Below are positions 11,930 through 21,894 of a DNA stretch of 64,000 nucleotides, piece by piece (position 1 is the first letter of the stretch; each line of letters starts with the position of its first letter). Position numbers and translations under genes: made by a program. This DNA is from Malacoraja senta (lineage: Eukaryota): NCBI GenBank assembly GCA_038087875.1, contig CM075997.1:248001-312000 (forward strand), in the 5' to 3' direction. Under the pieces are notes generated by a model, which was not told where the DNA came from, did not search any database, and saw only the letters and a list, made by a program, of their open reading frames with translations.

Positions 11930-12999
11930 GTACATTACACAAGACATCAGAGGGAGAGTTTATGATGCGGTACATCGGAGTTTACATGTATGTGAAGGGA
12001 AGGAGGGTGTGTCAGGGTATATCAATGAGTTTGGTGAGATGTGTGATGCTTTTTCTGTGATGAGGAGAGTGTGATGGAGTAATTCAGCGATTTACTCTCA
12101 ATCCAATTCTCCTGCCATCTCCCCATATCCCCCGACACCTGAAAATGTCCTACATTGGATTCAAGTACAGTCACAGACGTTATATCCTCCTTACTGATGT
12201 AGTTGACAAATATTCTAACTTCACCCCCATCATGTTCCTACTTCTTGTGCCCACTCCCCCACCATGTCCACGCCTTTGGTGTCGGGGGGTGAAGCCTACT
12301 CCAGTTGCATTGAGCCCCTCCCCAATATTTACATTCCGGGTGTGTGAAAATTCAAGTTATTAAAGCAGGTTTTAGTGGAAGTGGAAATGGGAGGGTTTCA
12401 TCTGTTTTAAGTCCTTATAAGAATTGACAAATTCTTCCTTGAGTATGGGATCCAAAATGAATGGAAAGATTTGGATAAAACACATTTTGGGTTCTCAGCA
12501 GGCATTTTTTATTTTGCCAATTGGGTATTGGTTATTGATTATGCAACTTCAATACAATCCCCGTCCTCCCCCACCCCCACCTTTCCTCCCGTGTGCCCCA
12601 CCTGGACGCACTTATTTCTTCTCTCCACCTCCTCTTCCCCTTCCACTTACATTCCTTCCTCTAGCTTCACAATTTGAAACTCTTCAATCCTTTTGTCTCA
12701 CACCTTCTGTCTATTCACCGCCGATCTTTGTCTACCATCAGCCTATCAAACCCCCCTCACCCGTATCCACCTATTACCTGCCCCTCTTCTCTGCCAGCTT
12801 TCTCCCCTCCCTCCTACAATCAGTCTGAAGAAGGGTCCGGTCTTGAAACGTCAACTATCCATGATCTCCTCAGATGATTGGTATTGGGTATGAGATGCTG
12901 CCTGAGTTACTCCAGCACTTTGTTTTGTTTTTTTGTAAACCAGCATCTGCAGTTCCTTGTATCTACCACCCTGATTGCAACCCCTTGTGTCCCCCCCAG

Positions 13000-13089
13000 T
13001 GATCATCCTGGAACAGCTTCCACTGTAGCGACCAAAGCCTTGGCACACGTGTGGCGTACCATGTCAAAGAATGAACGACGGCCCTACTG
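13000..13089 (+). CDS. MEIOSIN: MEIOSIN HMG-box exon ((S)DHPGTASTVATKALAHVWRTMSKNERRPY(C)), phase 2 to phase 2
   Basis: Acceptor gtcccccccag, donor TG|gtaaga. Matches the recalled human sequence [28 protein letters not shown]. Confidence 0.92.
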
Positions 13090-13559
13090 GTAAGACCAGG
13101 ATTGCACAGAGGTCCTCTCCAGGTCACCAACAACTGCATCACACACAGCTTGTAGATACCAATGAGGGTGTGGGAGACCGTTGAAAAGATTTGCTGGCAA
13201 CTCCGTTTTCGGCAATATCTCAACCGTTGAGTTTAAACGCCCGATGCTTTGGTTGTCCTAGGTTGGGCTATGTTATAATTTGGGCAGCTGCTTCTCTGAT
13301 TTGTGAACTGTTCAGTATATGAACATTCTCAGGAACAGGTCATAAGTTCATAGGTGATAAGAGCAGAATTAAGCCATTCAGCCCATCAAGTCTACTCCAC
13401 CATTCAATCATGGGTGATCTATCTCTCCCTCCTGCCTTCGCCCATAACCCTTGACACCCCGTAACCCCTGACACAGTGCTGTTGTAACCTGGGCAGGGCC
13501 TGTATTGGCCAGTCTCACAGTGGCGTAGCAGGCCAAACCTCAAACACATCCGATGCATG

Positions 13560-13910
13560 CAGATCAGAAAGGTCCCATAAATAGGCGCTAACCTTTTAAA
13601 CTCCTCTTCCCACTCCATACTGACCTTTCTGTCCCAGGCCGTCTCCACTGCCAGAGTGAGGCCAGACGTAACCTGGAGGAACAGCACCTCATCTTCTGTT
13701 TGGGCAGTTTACAACCCAATGGTTTGAGCAGTAAATTCTCCAATTTTAGGTAACAGCAACCCCCCCTCCCCCCCCCCCCCCCTTCCTCCTTCCCCCAAAT
13801 CCCGCACCCCTCACCTGTGCCCCACCTGGACTTGCACTCTATTTCTCCCCTCCCCCTCTACTTCCAAAAACATTCCTTCCTCTCGCTTACCCATTTGCCC
13901 ATCTTCAATG
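13560..13910 (+). mobile_element. Penelope-like GIY-YIG C-terminal fragment with C-rich UTR
   Basis: cactgccagagtgaggcc...ctggaggaacagcacctcatcttctgtttgggcagtttacaaccc, homologous to 2275-2490. Related pieces at about 12560-12960, 37390-37690 (minus) and 49720-49825. Confidence 0.65.
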
Positions 13911-14044
13911 TTACCAACAGAGTCCTAATTATGTTTGATTGAGTGATGTTGTTTTAGTAATTCCTGAAGTCTTATAGTGATCCGACAGGAACGTGGAATT
14001 GAGACTGATAAAGATCTTATTGAATGGCAAAAAATGCTCAAGGA

Positions 14045-14868
14045 CACAGAGTGGTGGAGTAACTCAGCGTGTCAGGCAGCATCTCTGGAGAACATGGATA
14101 GGTGATGTTTCACAGAGTGCTGGAGTAACTCAGCGGGTCAGGCAGCATCTGTGGAGAACATGGATAGGTGATGTTTCACAGAGTGCTGGAGTAACTCAGC
14201 GGGTCAGGCAGCATCTGTGGAGAACATGGATAGGTGATGTTTCACAGAGTGCTGGAGTAACTCAGCGGGTCAGGCAGCATCTGTGGAGAACATGGATAGG
14301 TGATGTTTCACAGAGTGCTGGAGTAACTCAGCGGGTCAGGCAGCATCTGTGGTGAACATGGATAGGTGACGTTTCACAGAGTGCCGGAGTAACTCAGCGG
14401 GTCAGGCAGCATCTGTGGTGAACATGGATAGGTGATGTTTCACAGAGTGCCGGAGTAACTCAGCGGTTCAGGCAGCATCTGTGGAGCGAAGGAAATGGGC
14501 AACCTTTCGGGCCGAAACCCTGAAGGAAATGGGCAACGTTCGGGCCGAAACCCGGAAGGGGTTTCGGGCCGAAACGTTGCCTATTTCCTTCGCTCCATAG
14601 ATGCTGCCGGAACATGGATAGGTGACGTTTCACAGAGTGCTGGAGTAACTCAGCGGGTCAGGCAGCATCTGTGGACAACATGGATAGGTGACGTTTCACA
14701 GAGTGCTGGAGTAACTCAGTGGGTCAGGCAGCATCTGTGGTGAACATGGATAGGTGACGTTTCACAGAGTGCTGGAGTAACTCAGTGGGTCAGGCAGCAT
14801 CTGTGGAGAACATGGGATAGGTGACGTTTCACAGAGTGCTGGAGTAACTCAGTGGGTCAGGCAGCATC
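14045..14868. repeat. 66-bp tandem array (about 10 units) derived from the Penelope terminus, with an embedded palindromic cassette
   Basis: Unit cacagagtgctggagtaactcagcgggtcaggcagcatctgtggagaacatggataggtga(c/t)gttt, repeated head to tail with no unique spacers. Confidence 0.9.
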
Positions 14869-16491
14869 CAGGAAGGGAATGGTCTGGTGATGATTCGGGT
14901 CGGGACCCTTCTTCAGACTGATGGGTCAACAAGGGATTTAAGGAGAATAAGAAACATTCTCCTTATTCCAAATTATTGATTAATAATTGACAAAAACCTC
15001 TCTGACTTGACTTGACTTGTAAGGGTGTCAGGGGTTATGGGGAGAAGGCAGGAGAATGGGGTTAGGAGGGAGAAATAGATCAGCCATGATTGAATGGTGG
15101 AGCAGACTTCATGGGCCGAATGGTCTATTTCTGCTCCTGTCACTTATGATCATAAAAAATAAGAACAAATAAGACCAAATAAGAAAAGTGAGATAGATAG
15201 GTAAAGAAAAATAGACACAAGGAACTGCAGATGCTGGGATCTTGAGCAAAAAACATAACGTGCTGGATTAACTCAGCGGGTCAGGCAGCATCTGTGGAGA
15301 ACATGGATAGGTGACGTTTCACAGAGTGCTGGAGTAACTCAGCGGTCAGGCAGCATCTGTGGAGCGAAGGAAATGGGCAACCTTTCGGCTGAAACCCTGA
15401 AGGAAATAGGCAACGTTTCGGGCCGAAACCCGGAAGGGTTTCGGGCCGAAACATTGCCTATTTCCTTCGCTCCATAGATGCTGCCGGAACATGGATAGGT
15501 GACGTTTCACAGAGTGCTGGAGTAACTCAGTGGGTCAGGCAGCATTGTGGAGAACATGGATAGGTGACGTTTCGAGTCGGGACCCTTCTTCAGACACAGG
15601 CTGAAGGAGATGTTTGGAGACACAAGAAACTGCAGAAATTAACTGCAGGTGCTGGATTAACACGAATGTTTGATTTTTAACCCAATCCTGCACCTTAAGT
15701 TCAATTTTGTTTTTGTTGGATTGACAATCTTTTAAGTAAATGTTAAAATTCCCCAAACAATCCCGTGCTCCTGACAACACTTCCATAAGATGCTCAGCTG
15801 TTCCATTTCTGTGTCTGGTCTGTGGGTTACAGAAGAGCTGTCACATTTTCCCCATCAAACAGTCATCTTTGATGTTCGGAATAATTTAGTGTGTGTGGTG
15901 ATCTTCAAAATCGTTTTTCAGCAATGTGATAAGATGCCTGCAAATGTTCCCAATTTACCATTTAACTTGCCATGAGTGTGTCATTCAAAACAAAATTATT
16001 GTTACTGAAATATCTGAAGTTATTTTTTGCATTTCAAGTGCCAAGCACTTTAATTCATTTTCTTAAAAGCAAGGCTTCCCAGAAGACCATTTATAATCAA
16101 AAACTTTAGTTGAAGTCGGCAATTGTGCCAATAGACAATAGACAAAAGACAAAGGGTGCAGGAGTAGGCCATTCGGCCCTTCGAGCCAGCACCGCCATTC
16201 AATGTGATCATGGCTGATCATCCCCAATCAGTACCCCGTTCCTGCCTTCTCCCCATATCCCCTGATTCTGCTATCTTTAAGAGCCCTATCTAGCTCTCTC
16301 TTGAAAGTATCCACAGCCTCTTAAGTCACACTTTCAGCCAATTGTGCTATTTAGCGGTAACCTTTAGCACCCTGTTAAACCAATGGAATCAAGGTCAACG
16401 GTGAATGTGGTTTTCAGCAGAATTAATTCCTCAGCTGAATTTTGGTTGCTTGGAGGCTGTGTTCTGCTTCATTGCAGCAATGCTGGCTATT

Positions 16492-16691
16492 NNNNNNNNN
16501 NNNNNNNNNNNNNNNNNNNNNNNNNNNNNNNNNNNNNNNNNNNNNNNNNNNNNNNNNNNNNNNNNNNNNNNNNNNNNNNNNNNNNNNNNNNNNNNNNNNN
16601 NNNNNNNNNNNNNNNNNNNNNNNNNNNNNNNNNNNNNNNNNNNNNNNNNNNNNNNNNNNNNNNNNNNNNNNNNNNNNNNNNNNNNNNNNNN
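16492..16691. other. Assembly gap (200 N)
   Basis: N run inside the last MEIOSIN intron. Exon order and phase across it support this join. Confidence 1.
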
Positions 16692-17085
16692 TGGAGTTCA
16701 CAGCCTCAGAAATAAAGGACGTACCTTTAGGAAGGAGATGAGAAGGAATTTTTTTAGTTAGAGGGTGGTGAATCTGTGGAATTATTTACCTCAGAAGGCT
16801 GTGGAGGCCAAGTCAATGGATATTTTTAAAGCAGAGATAGATAGATTCTTGATTAGTACGGGTGTCGGGGGTTATGTGGAGAAGGCGGGAGAATGGGGTT
16901 AGGAGGGAGAGATAGATTATCCATGATTGAATGGCGGAGTAGACTGGATGGGCTGAATGGCCTAATTCTGCTACTATGACTTATGATCTTATGACCTTAT
17001 GAGTTGGCCTGATGAATGCAGGAGGATTATTTGTTCGCCTGTGTTAAATGTGCCTTCCCCGTCTCTTTCCCTCTCTCGCTCACAG

Positions 17086-17197
17086 TATAAAAGCCCGCGA
17101 ATTCAGCAAGATGAATAATCGCATCGTCAGGCTGGATAGCTCGTCGAGTGAAGAGAAGGAGGAGGTGGAGATGCCTGAACCCCTTCATCTCCTGTGA
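17086..17197 (+). CDS. MEIOSIN: MEIOSIN terminal coding exon ((C)IKAREFSKMNNRIVRLDSSSSEEKEEVEMPEPLHLL*)
   Basis: Long polypyrimidine acceptor ending cacag, phase compatible with the previous exon, TGA at 17195-17197. Matches recalled human KARRFSRQHNRIVKQDGSSSE. Confidence 0.9.
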
Positions 17198-17749
17198 GGC
17201 CTGTCCCTTTACTGAGGCGAACAAGAGCACAATGCTGTTGTGAAACAGCCCACGGTGTCCGACCCAACATACACAGGACCACTGCTGAGTCGCTTGAGGC
17301 CCGGTCACAGAGTGATACAGTGTGGAAACAGGCCCTTCGGCCCAACTTGCCCATTCTGGCCAACATGTCCCAGCTACACCTGACAAACTCAAAAATTCAG
17401 CAAACTCGCTCGTGTCTAACTTGGATCACCAAGACAACTTGGAAAATCATTGTGAAATTGATTTTTTTATTAATGGTTAAATTTTGAAAACACCTATCTA
17501 CATATTTGGACAGGTGGAAGACATTGACAGTGGTGCTGAAGTTCAAATGAACAGTGGGCGAACAAGACTATTGTGCACTGTCCAGCAGGAAATGAACTTG
17601 AAGCTGTTTTCATCAATATTTGGTAGAACTTTCAGTTTATGTTAGCAGTAGCAATGTATGTCAAGCTTGGTTTGTGTTTATAATGAGAGGCATAGCTTTC
17701 TTCTTGGCTCAAGCACTCAAGCTTGACGTCAAACTTCTGTCTCTGTCTC

Positions 17750-18175
17750 TGTGGGCAGAGTTATTACCCCTGAGTCAGAAGGTTGTGGCTTCTCGTCTCA
17801 TTCCAAAAGCTTGATCACAGATATCGAGGCTGACATTGTAGGATATTAATTCAACAAAAAAAATGCCTTGCACTGAGCGGGAGCTGCATTGTCAGGAGTG
17901 TGGACTTTAGGTGAGAGGTTAACTGGAAACTCTTGGCTGCTTTTGCTTGTGAAAGTAAGTGGCCTTCTTGTGGAAAAAGCAGGGGCATTATCCCTGTGTC
18001 CTGTCCAATGTGTTCATCCCAAACTTAACATTAGTACGATAGATCACCTAGTCATTATTATAGTGTTGTGTGTGGGAGCTTGCTGTCCAGAAATTAGCTG
18101 CTATGTTCCAACTCTCTCTGGACCACTCTGGGTTGTCCTGAACGGGACATGTAAGGACAAACACAAGATATTCTC
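17750..18175 (+). mobile_element. Ancient Deu-domain SINE relic (SacSINE1/AmnSINE1-like)
   Basis: ctgagtcagaaggttgtgg head, then aagcaggggcattatccctgtgtcctgtccaat...gtgggagcttgctgt, resembling the recalled Deu domain. Minus-strand relics at about 770-885 and 34025-34110. Confidence 0.55.
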
Positions 18176-19379
18176 TTTTCCAACTGTAGTTGGAAAATCT
18201 CCAGTTGGATAATTGCAGTTTCCTTATAAAACAAGCAATGACATCATCTCCTTAAAATGTCTTGTGGTCTCAACCAAATGCACTCTATTATTGACTGCAG
18301 GGATTCAACTTTTGGCTACTCTCTGCCTTTCCCGTGTCGATATGACTAAGGAGGGACTGCACTGTTGCTGCACTGAACTCCAATCTTCACTGCCAGGCCC
18401 GATTGGGGGTTAGTGTGGGAAATGGGAAAGAATGCAGTCGGAAATACTCATTGGAGTTTGCAGCTGAATTATCAGTCCCTGACCTGAATATTTGTGGGGT
18501 GCACCAGCATGGAAGTTTTACTCCGATCCCTCGGCTGTGACACTAATAAAAAAAATAAGTATTCTGTGCTGATAGTTATTGTACAAGCACTAAACTAGCA
18601 AATAAAACAATGGTTTGACTACTGTCTGAAACAAAGCACAAAATCATGCATGCTGACTGCAGGAAGAGTCGGTAATACTTTTGATAAGAATCAGTTCTGA
18701 TTCTTATCAGAAGAGATCGCTGACCATTTTTGTAAAGTGCAGTTTTGTATTTAATTTTTCAAAGTGCATGCATCTCAAAGTGCTTTAATTAACTAGGTCA
18801 GTCAGCAGTACACAATAAGGATCATTTATACTTCAGTTGGTGCCCTGCCCATCATTCAAGGCACTTTAATTTTACAGGAGTGCAGTGGAGAGCAAGTCCG
18901 TGTGTCTCTGGTCAGCGACACAGATCAATGCAAATGACTTCATCCAGCATGTTCTGTCTCATTCTTCTGTGAGAGCAATCATTCATAGTGACCGGTCAGC
19001 TTATTGTCGTAGCACAGGAGAACATGCTTATTCAGAACAGCCTCACAGTCACTGGTCCATTGCCCCCTGTACACGATCGTTTCATGCTACTGACCCAACC
19101 CCTACACCACTTTGTCACAGGGACAACAATCAGCCAAGACTAACATAATATGGGGCAGACAAAATGTGTCGGAGGGAACTGCAGATGCTGGTTTAAACCG
19201 AAGATAGACACAAAATGCTGGAGTATCTCAGCGGGACAGGCAGCATCTCTGGAGAGAAGGAATGGGTGACGTTTCGGGTCGAGACAGTCTGAAGAAGGGT
19301 CTCGACCCGAAACGTCCACCCATTCCTTCTCTCCAGAGATGCTGCCCGTCCCGCTGAGTTACTCCAGCATTTTGTGTCG

Positions 19380-19518
19380 TCTTCTTCTTGCGTACGGCGT
19401 GCACAGCCTAAAGTTGTAGGACAACTTGTTCTATTTGATCTTATTTGATTGTGCACGCCAGGTTGATTGCATTCGTCGAAACAGAGCGGACCACGTGAAG
19501 GTTGCAATCTCCCACCCC
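19380..19518 (-). mobile_element. 139-nt non-autonomous Vingi/Ingi-type retroelement (HDV-like ribozyme head plus LINE-derived tail)
   Basis: 14-bp TSD agcattttgtgtcg (19366-19379 and 19519-19532). 3' tail caactttaggctgtgcacgcc...gcaagaagaaga is shared with the LINE at 21682-21894. Confidence 0.8.
19465..19518 (-). ncRNA. Minimal HDV-like self-cleaving ribozyme, 54 nt (predicted)
   Basis: Minus strand: GGGGTGG GA GATTGCA ACC TTCACGT GGT CCGCTCT GTTTCGA CGAA TGCAATC. P1 is 7 bp with a G1-U wobble, P2 is a perfect 7 bp, P3 is 3 bp, L3 is UUCACGU, P4 is tiny, J4/2 is CGAA. Confidence 0.82.
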
Positions 19519-20649
19519 AGCATTTTGTGTCGATAATATGGGACAGGTTGACTGGAAATGCACAAACAGTAAAACGCCCTTGTTATTGATTCATACTGAA
19601 TTATCAATTTATGCCCCCCATCTACCATTATAAACCTCCTAAATTAAAAGTGCAAATTTTAATTATTTGATTATTCCAATATAAATTTTTATCAATATGT
19701 CATATTTATATAATGTTTTTTAAAATCTATTAATTGCTTTGAAGTGCAGTTGCCATTGTGTTGTTGGCATCCTGAGCCCTTTGTATTTATGGCAGGGTTA
19801 ATTCTGCTAATTAGAGATGTTGGTGTCAAACAAAGAGTAACATTGGTGATGGCTCACTCTTTAACTTCAAGAGTGCAAGTGATTATATCATATGGGGGTA
19901 AACAACCCAATTTTAGCATTTCATGCATGGGACCTCTCAGTTGATGCAGAACACCTTACCTGCTGCTTGCCTGCTTCACCTTTTGCACCTCCGTGCTGGG
20001 GTGGGTTGTTTCCACGGGGACCCATAGCTGGCCACTTACTTCACTCGGGACTCCGCTGTGTCATATAACTATCACTGGAGATTATTTATTGGCTGCTTCA
20101 CGATGCCCCTAATTGAATGGTTTGCGTGGCCAATTTAAAGGGCAGCGTAGACTCAGCCACATTGTTATGGTGGGGGGTCATGTAAAGGCTAGGCCAGGCA
20201 AGGACAGTCGCTCTCCTTCCCTCAAGGATACTGTGGGCCAGTTTAATTTTGATGTTCACTTTCATTGAGCCCAGCATTTCTGCCTCATTATGCATTGTCC
20301 AGAGTCTTGCCAACTAGATAGCAGGTTGAATTAAGAATAACTGGAGTTGTTTGTCTCTGAGTGGAACACATACAACTGCCTGGTTTTATTGTCACCTTTT
20401 ACAGCTCCACTCCAGCGGGATGTAGGGGGTGGGGATTGTTTTTATGTTCCACGACTAACTTCAGTGTTAAGGTAACTAAGTTTCGTCATTGATTGCACTT
20501 TGGTTAGTTGGGGAAATAAGGTCACACAACATTGCCATTGTTTGACAAAGCTGTTATTAATCTGTTATTATGGTTCCTATTTATTGTTGTGGATGTTTTA
20601 AATTAATATAAATTAAATTATTGAGACCTCTGTATTTAAAAAGTGTGTT

Positions 20650-21240
20650 TGTGTCGGTGCATTATGGGAAAGGTGTTGTCAAGCTGGAAAGGGTACAGAG
20701 AAGATTTACAAGGATGTTGCCAGGGCTCGAGGGCCTGAGCTACAGGGAGAGGTTGAGCAGGCTGGGTCTCTATTCCCTGGAGCGCAGGAGGATGAGGGTT
20801 GATCTTATAGAGATGTATAAAATGCTGAGAGGAATAGATTGGGTAGATGCACAGAGTCTCTTGCCCAGAGTAGGGGAATCGAGGACCAGGGGACATAGGT
20901 TTAAGGTGAAGGGGAAAAGATGTAATAGGGATCTGAGGGGTAACTTTTTCACACAGAGGGTGGTGGGTGTATGGAACAAGCTGCCAGAGGAGGTAGGTAC
21001 ACAAAAATGCTGGAGAAACTCAGCGGGTGCAGCAGCATCTATGGAGCGAAGGAAATAGGAGTTGAGGCTGGGAGAATCCCAACATTTAAGAAACAGTTAG
21101 ACAGGTATATGGTTAGGACTGGTTTGGAGGGATATGGACTAAATGCAGGCAGGTGGGACTAGTGTAGCTGGGACATGTTGGTCAGTGTGGGCAAGTTGGG
21201 CCAAAGGGCCTGTTTCCACACTGTATCACTCTTATGACTT
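20650..21240 (+). mobile_element. CR1-clade LINE ORF2 3' fragment, interrupted by a mini-element at about 20996-21058
   Basis: LERVQRRFTRMLPGLEGLSYRERLSRLGLYSLERRRMRVDLIE.YK...RTRGH. Similar copies at about 25960-26335, 31170-31470, 35585-36085 and 57500-57820 (minus). Confidence 0.88.
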
Positions 21241-21519
21241 TATGACATTTTGACCTTGCTACAGAGTTGGGGATGTAGGTGGTGGCTGTTAGCTGAGTGG
21301 CTACAGATTGTTCCGTGATGGGATTAAGTTGTGGTAAGCAGTTATTTTGTGCGTGTGCCTCTTGAAGTATATTTGGATTGTCTATGAGGCCCCAGACATT
21401 GTGCACCAGCTTGCCCTTGCATGCATTGTGGAGATATTCGGGATAGGGGACTTAAGTTGGAGTGGGGGGGCGTACTGGTCAGGATTATGATGCCCGTGAG
21501 GAAAGCATCAACAAAATAG

Positions 21520-21620
21520 ATGAGGAGCCTGAAGGTGACTTGTTGTGGTGGCAGAGGAGAGAACTTTCTTGTATGCAAGGAATTCCAACCACTGGACTGC
21601 ACAGACTTGGATCCAGGCAG
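21520..21620 (+). CDS. Candidate alternative first coding exon (MRSLKVTCCGGRGENFLVCKEFQPLDCTDLDPG + AG, phase 2), gene uncertain
   Basis: ATG directly after an in-frame stop, 33 open codons plus AG, consensus donor CAG|gtaagt, non-repeat sequence. Confidence 0.35.
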
Positions 21621-21681
21621 GTAAGTCTCCTGAAACAGCTACCACATGAAAATTAAAACATGCTCCTCGATGAGTAGCCCA

Positions 21682-21894
21682 TCACCTGCAGAAGTGGGGG
21701 ATGGCAGACAGCCCTGCTTGCGACTGCGGACATCCAGGCTAGACCATCCCACACATCGAGCATGACTGGCCACTGAGGCTTTTTGCTGGGGGCATCAAAG
21801 CCATCCACCCAGTAACTGATGCTGTCCTGGCCTGGATGTCTTCCCTTGATCTGCAACTTTAGGCTGTGCACGCCACATGCAAGAAGAAGAAGAT
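21682..21894 (+). mobile_element. 5'-truncated Vingi/Ingi-like LINE 3' end
   Basis: Reads HLQKWGMADSPACDCGHPG*TIPHIEHDWPLRLFAGGIKAIH...WMSSLDLQL*, a degenerate C-terminal zinc-knuckle-like motif. (AAG)n tail and 13-bp TSD gatgagtagccca (21669-21681 and 21895-21907). Confidence 0.7.

Noticed and set aside
13993..14870. CRISPR-like array, or a repeat protein (SQSAGVTQRVRQHLWRTWIGDV)n
   Set aside because: Units are head to tail with no unique spacers, there are no cas genes and the context is vertebrate. The ORF exists only because 66 is a multiple of 3.
16383..16761. ORFs spanning N runs (also 50638-51326)
   Set aside because: Artefacts of translating through assembly gaps.
18879..19148. Exon-like segment after ttttacag, as an alternative MEIOSIN end
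   Set aside because: No homology, and MEIOSIN already terminates at 17197.
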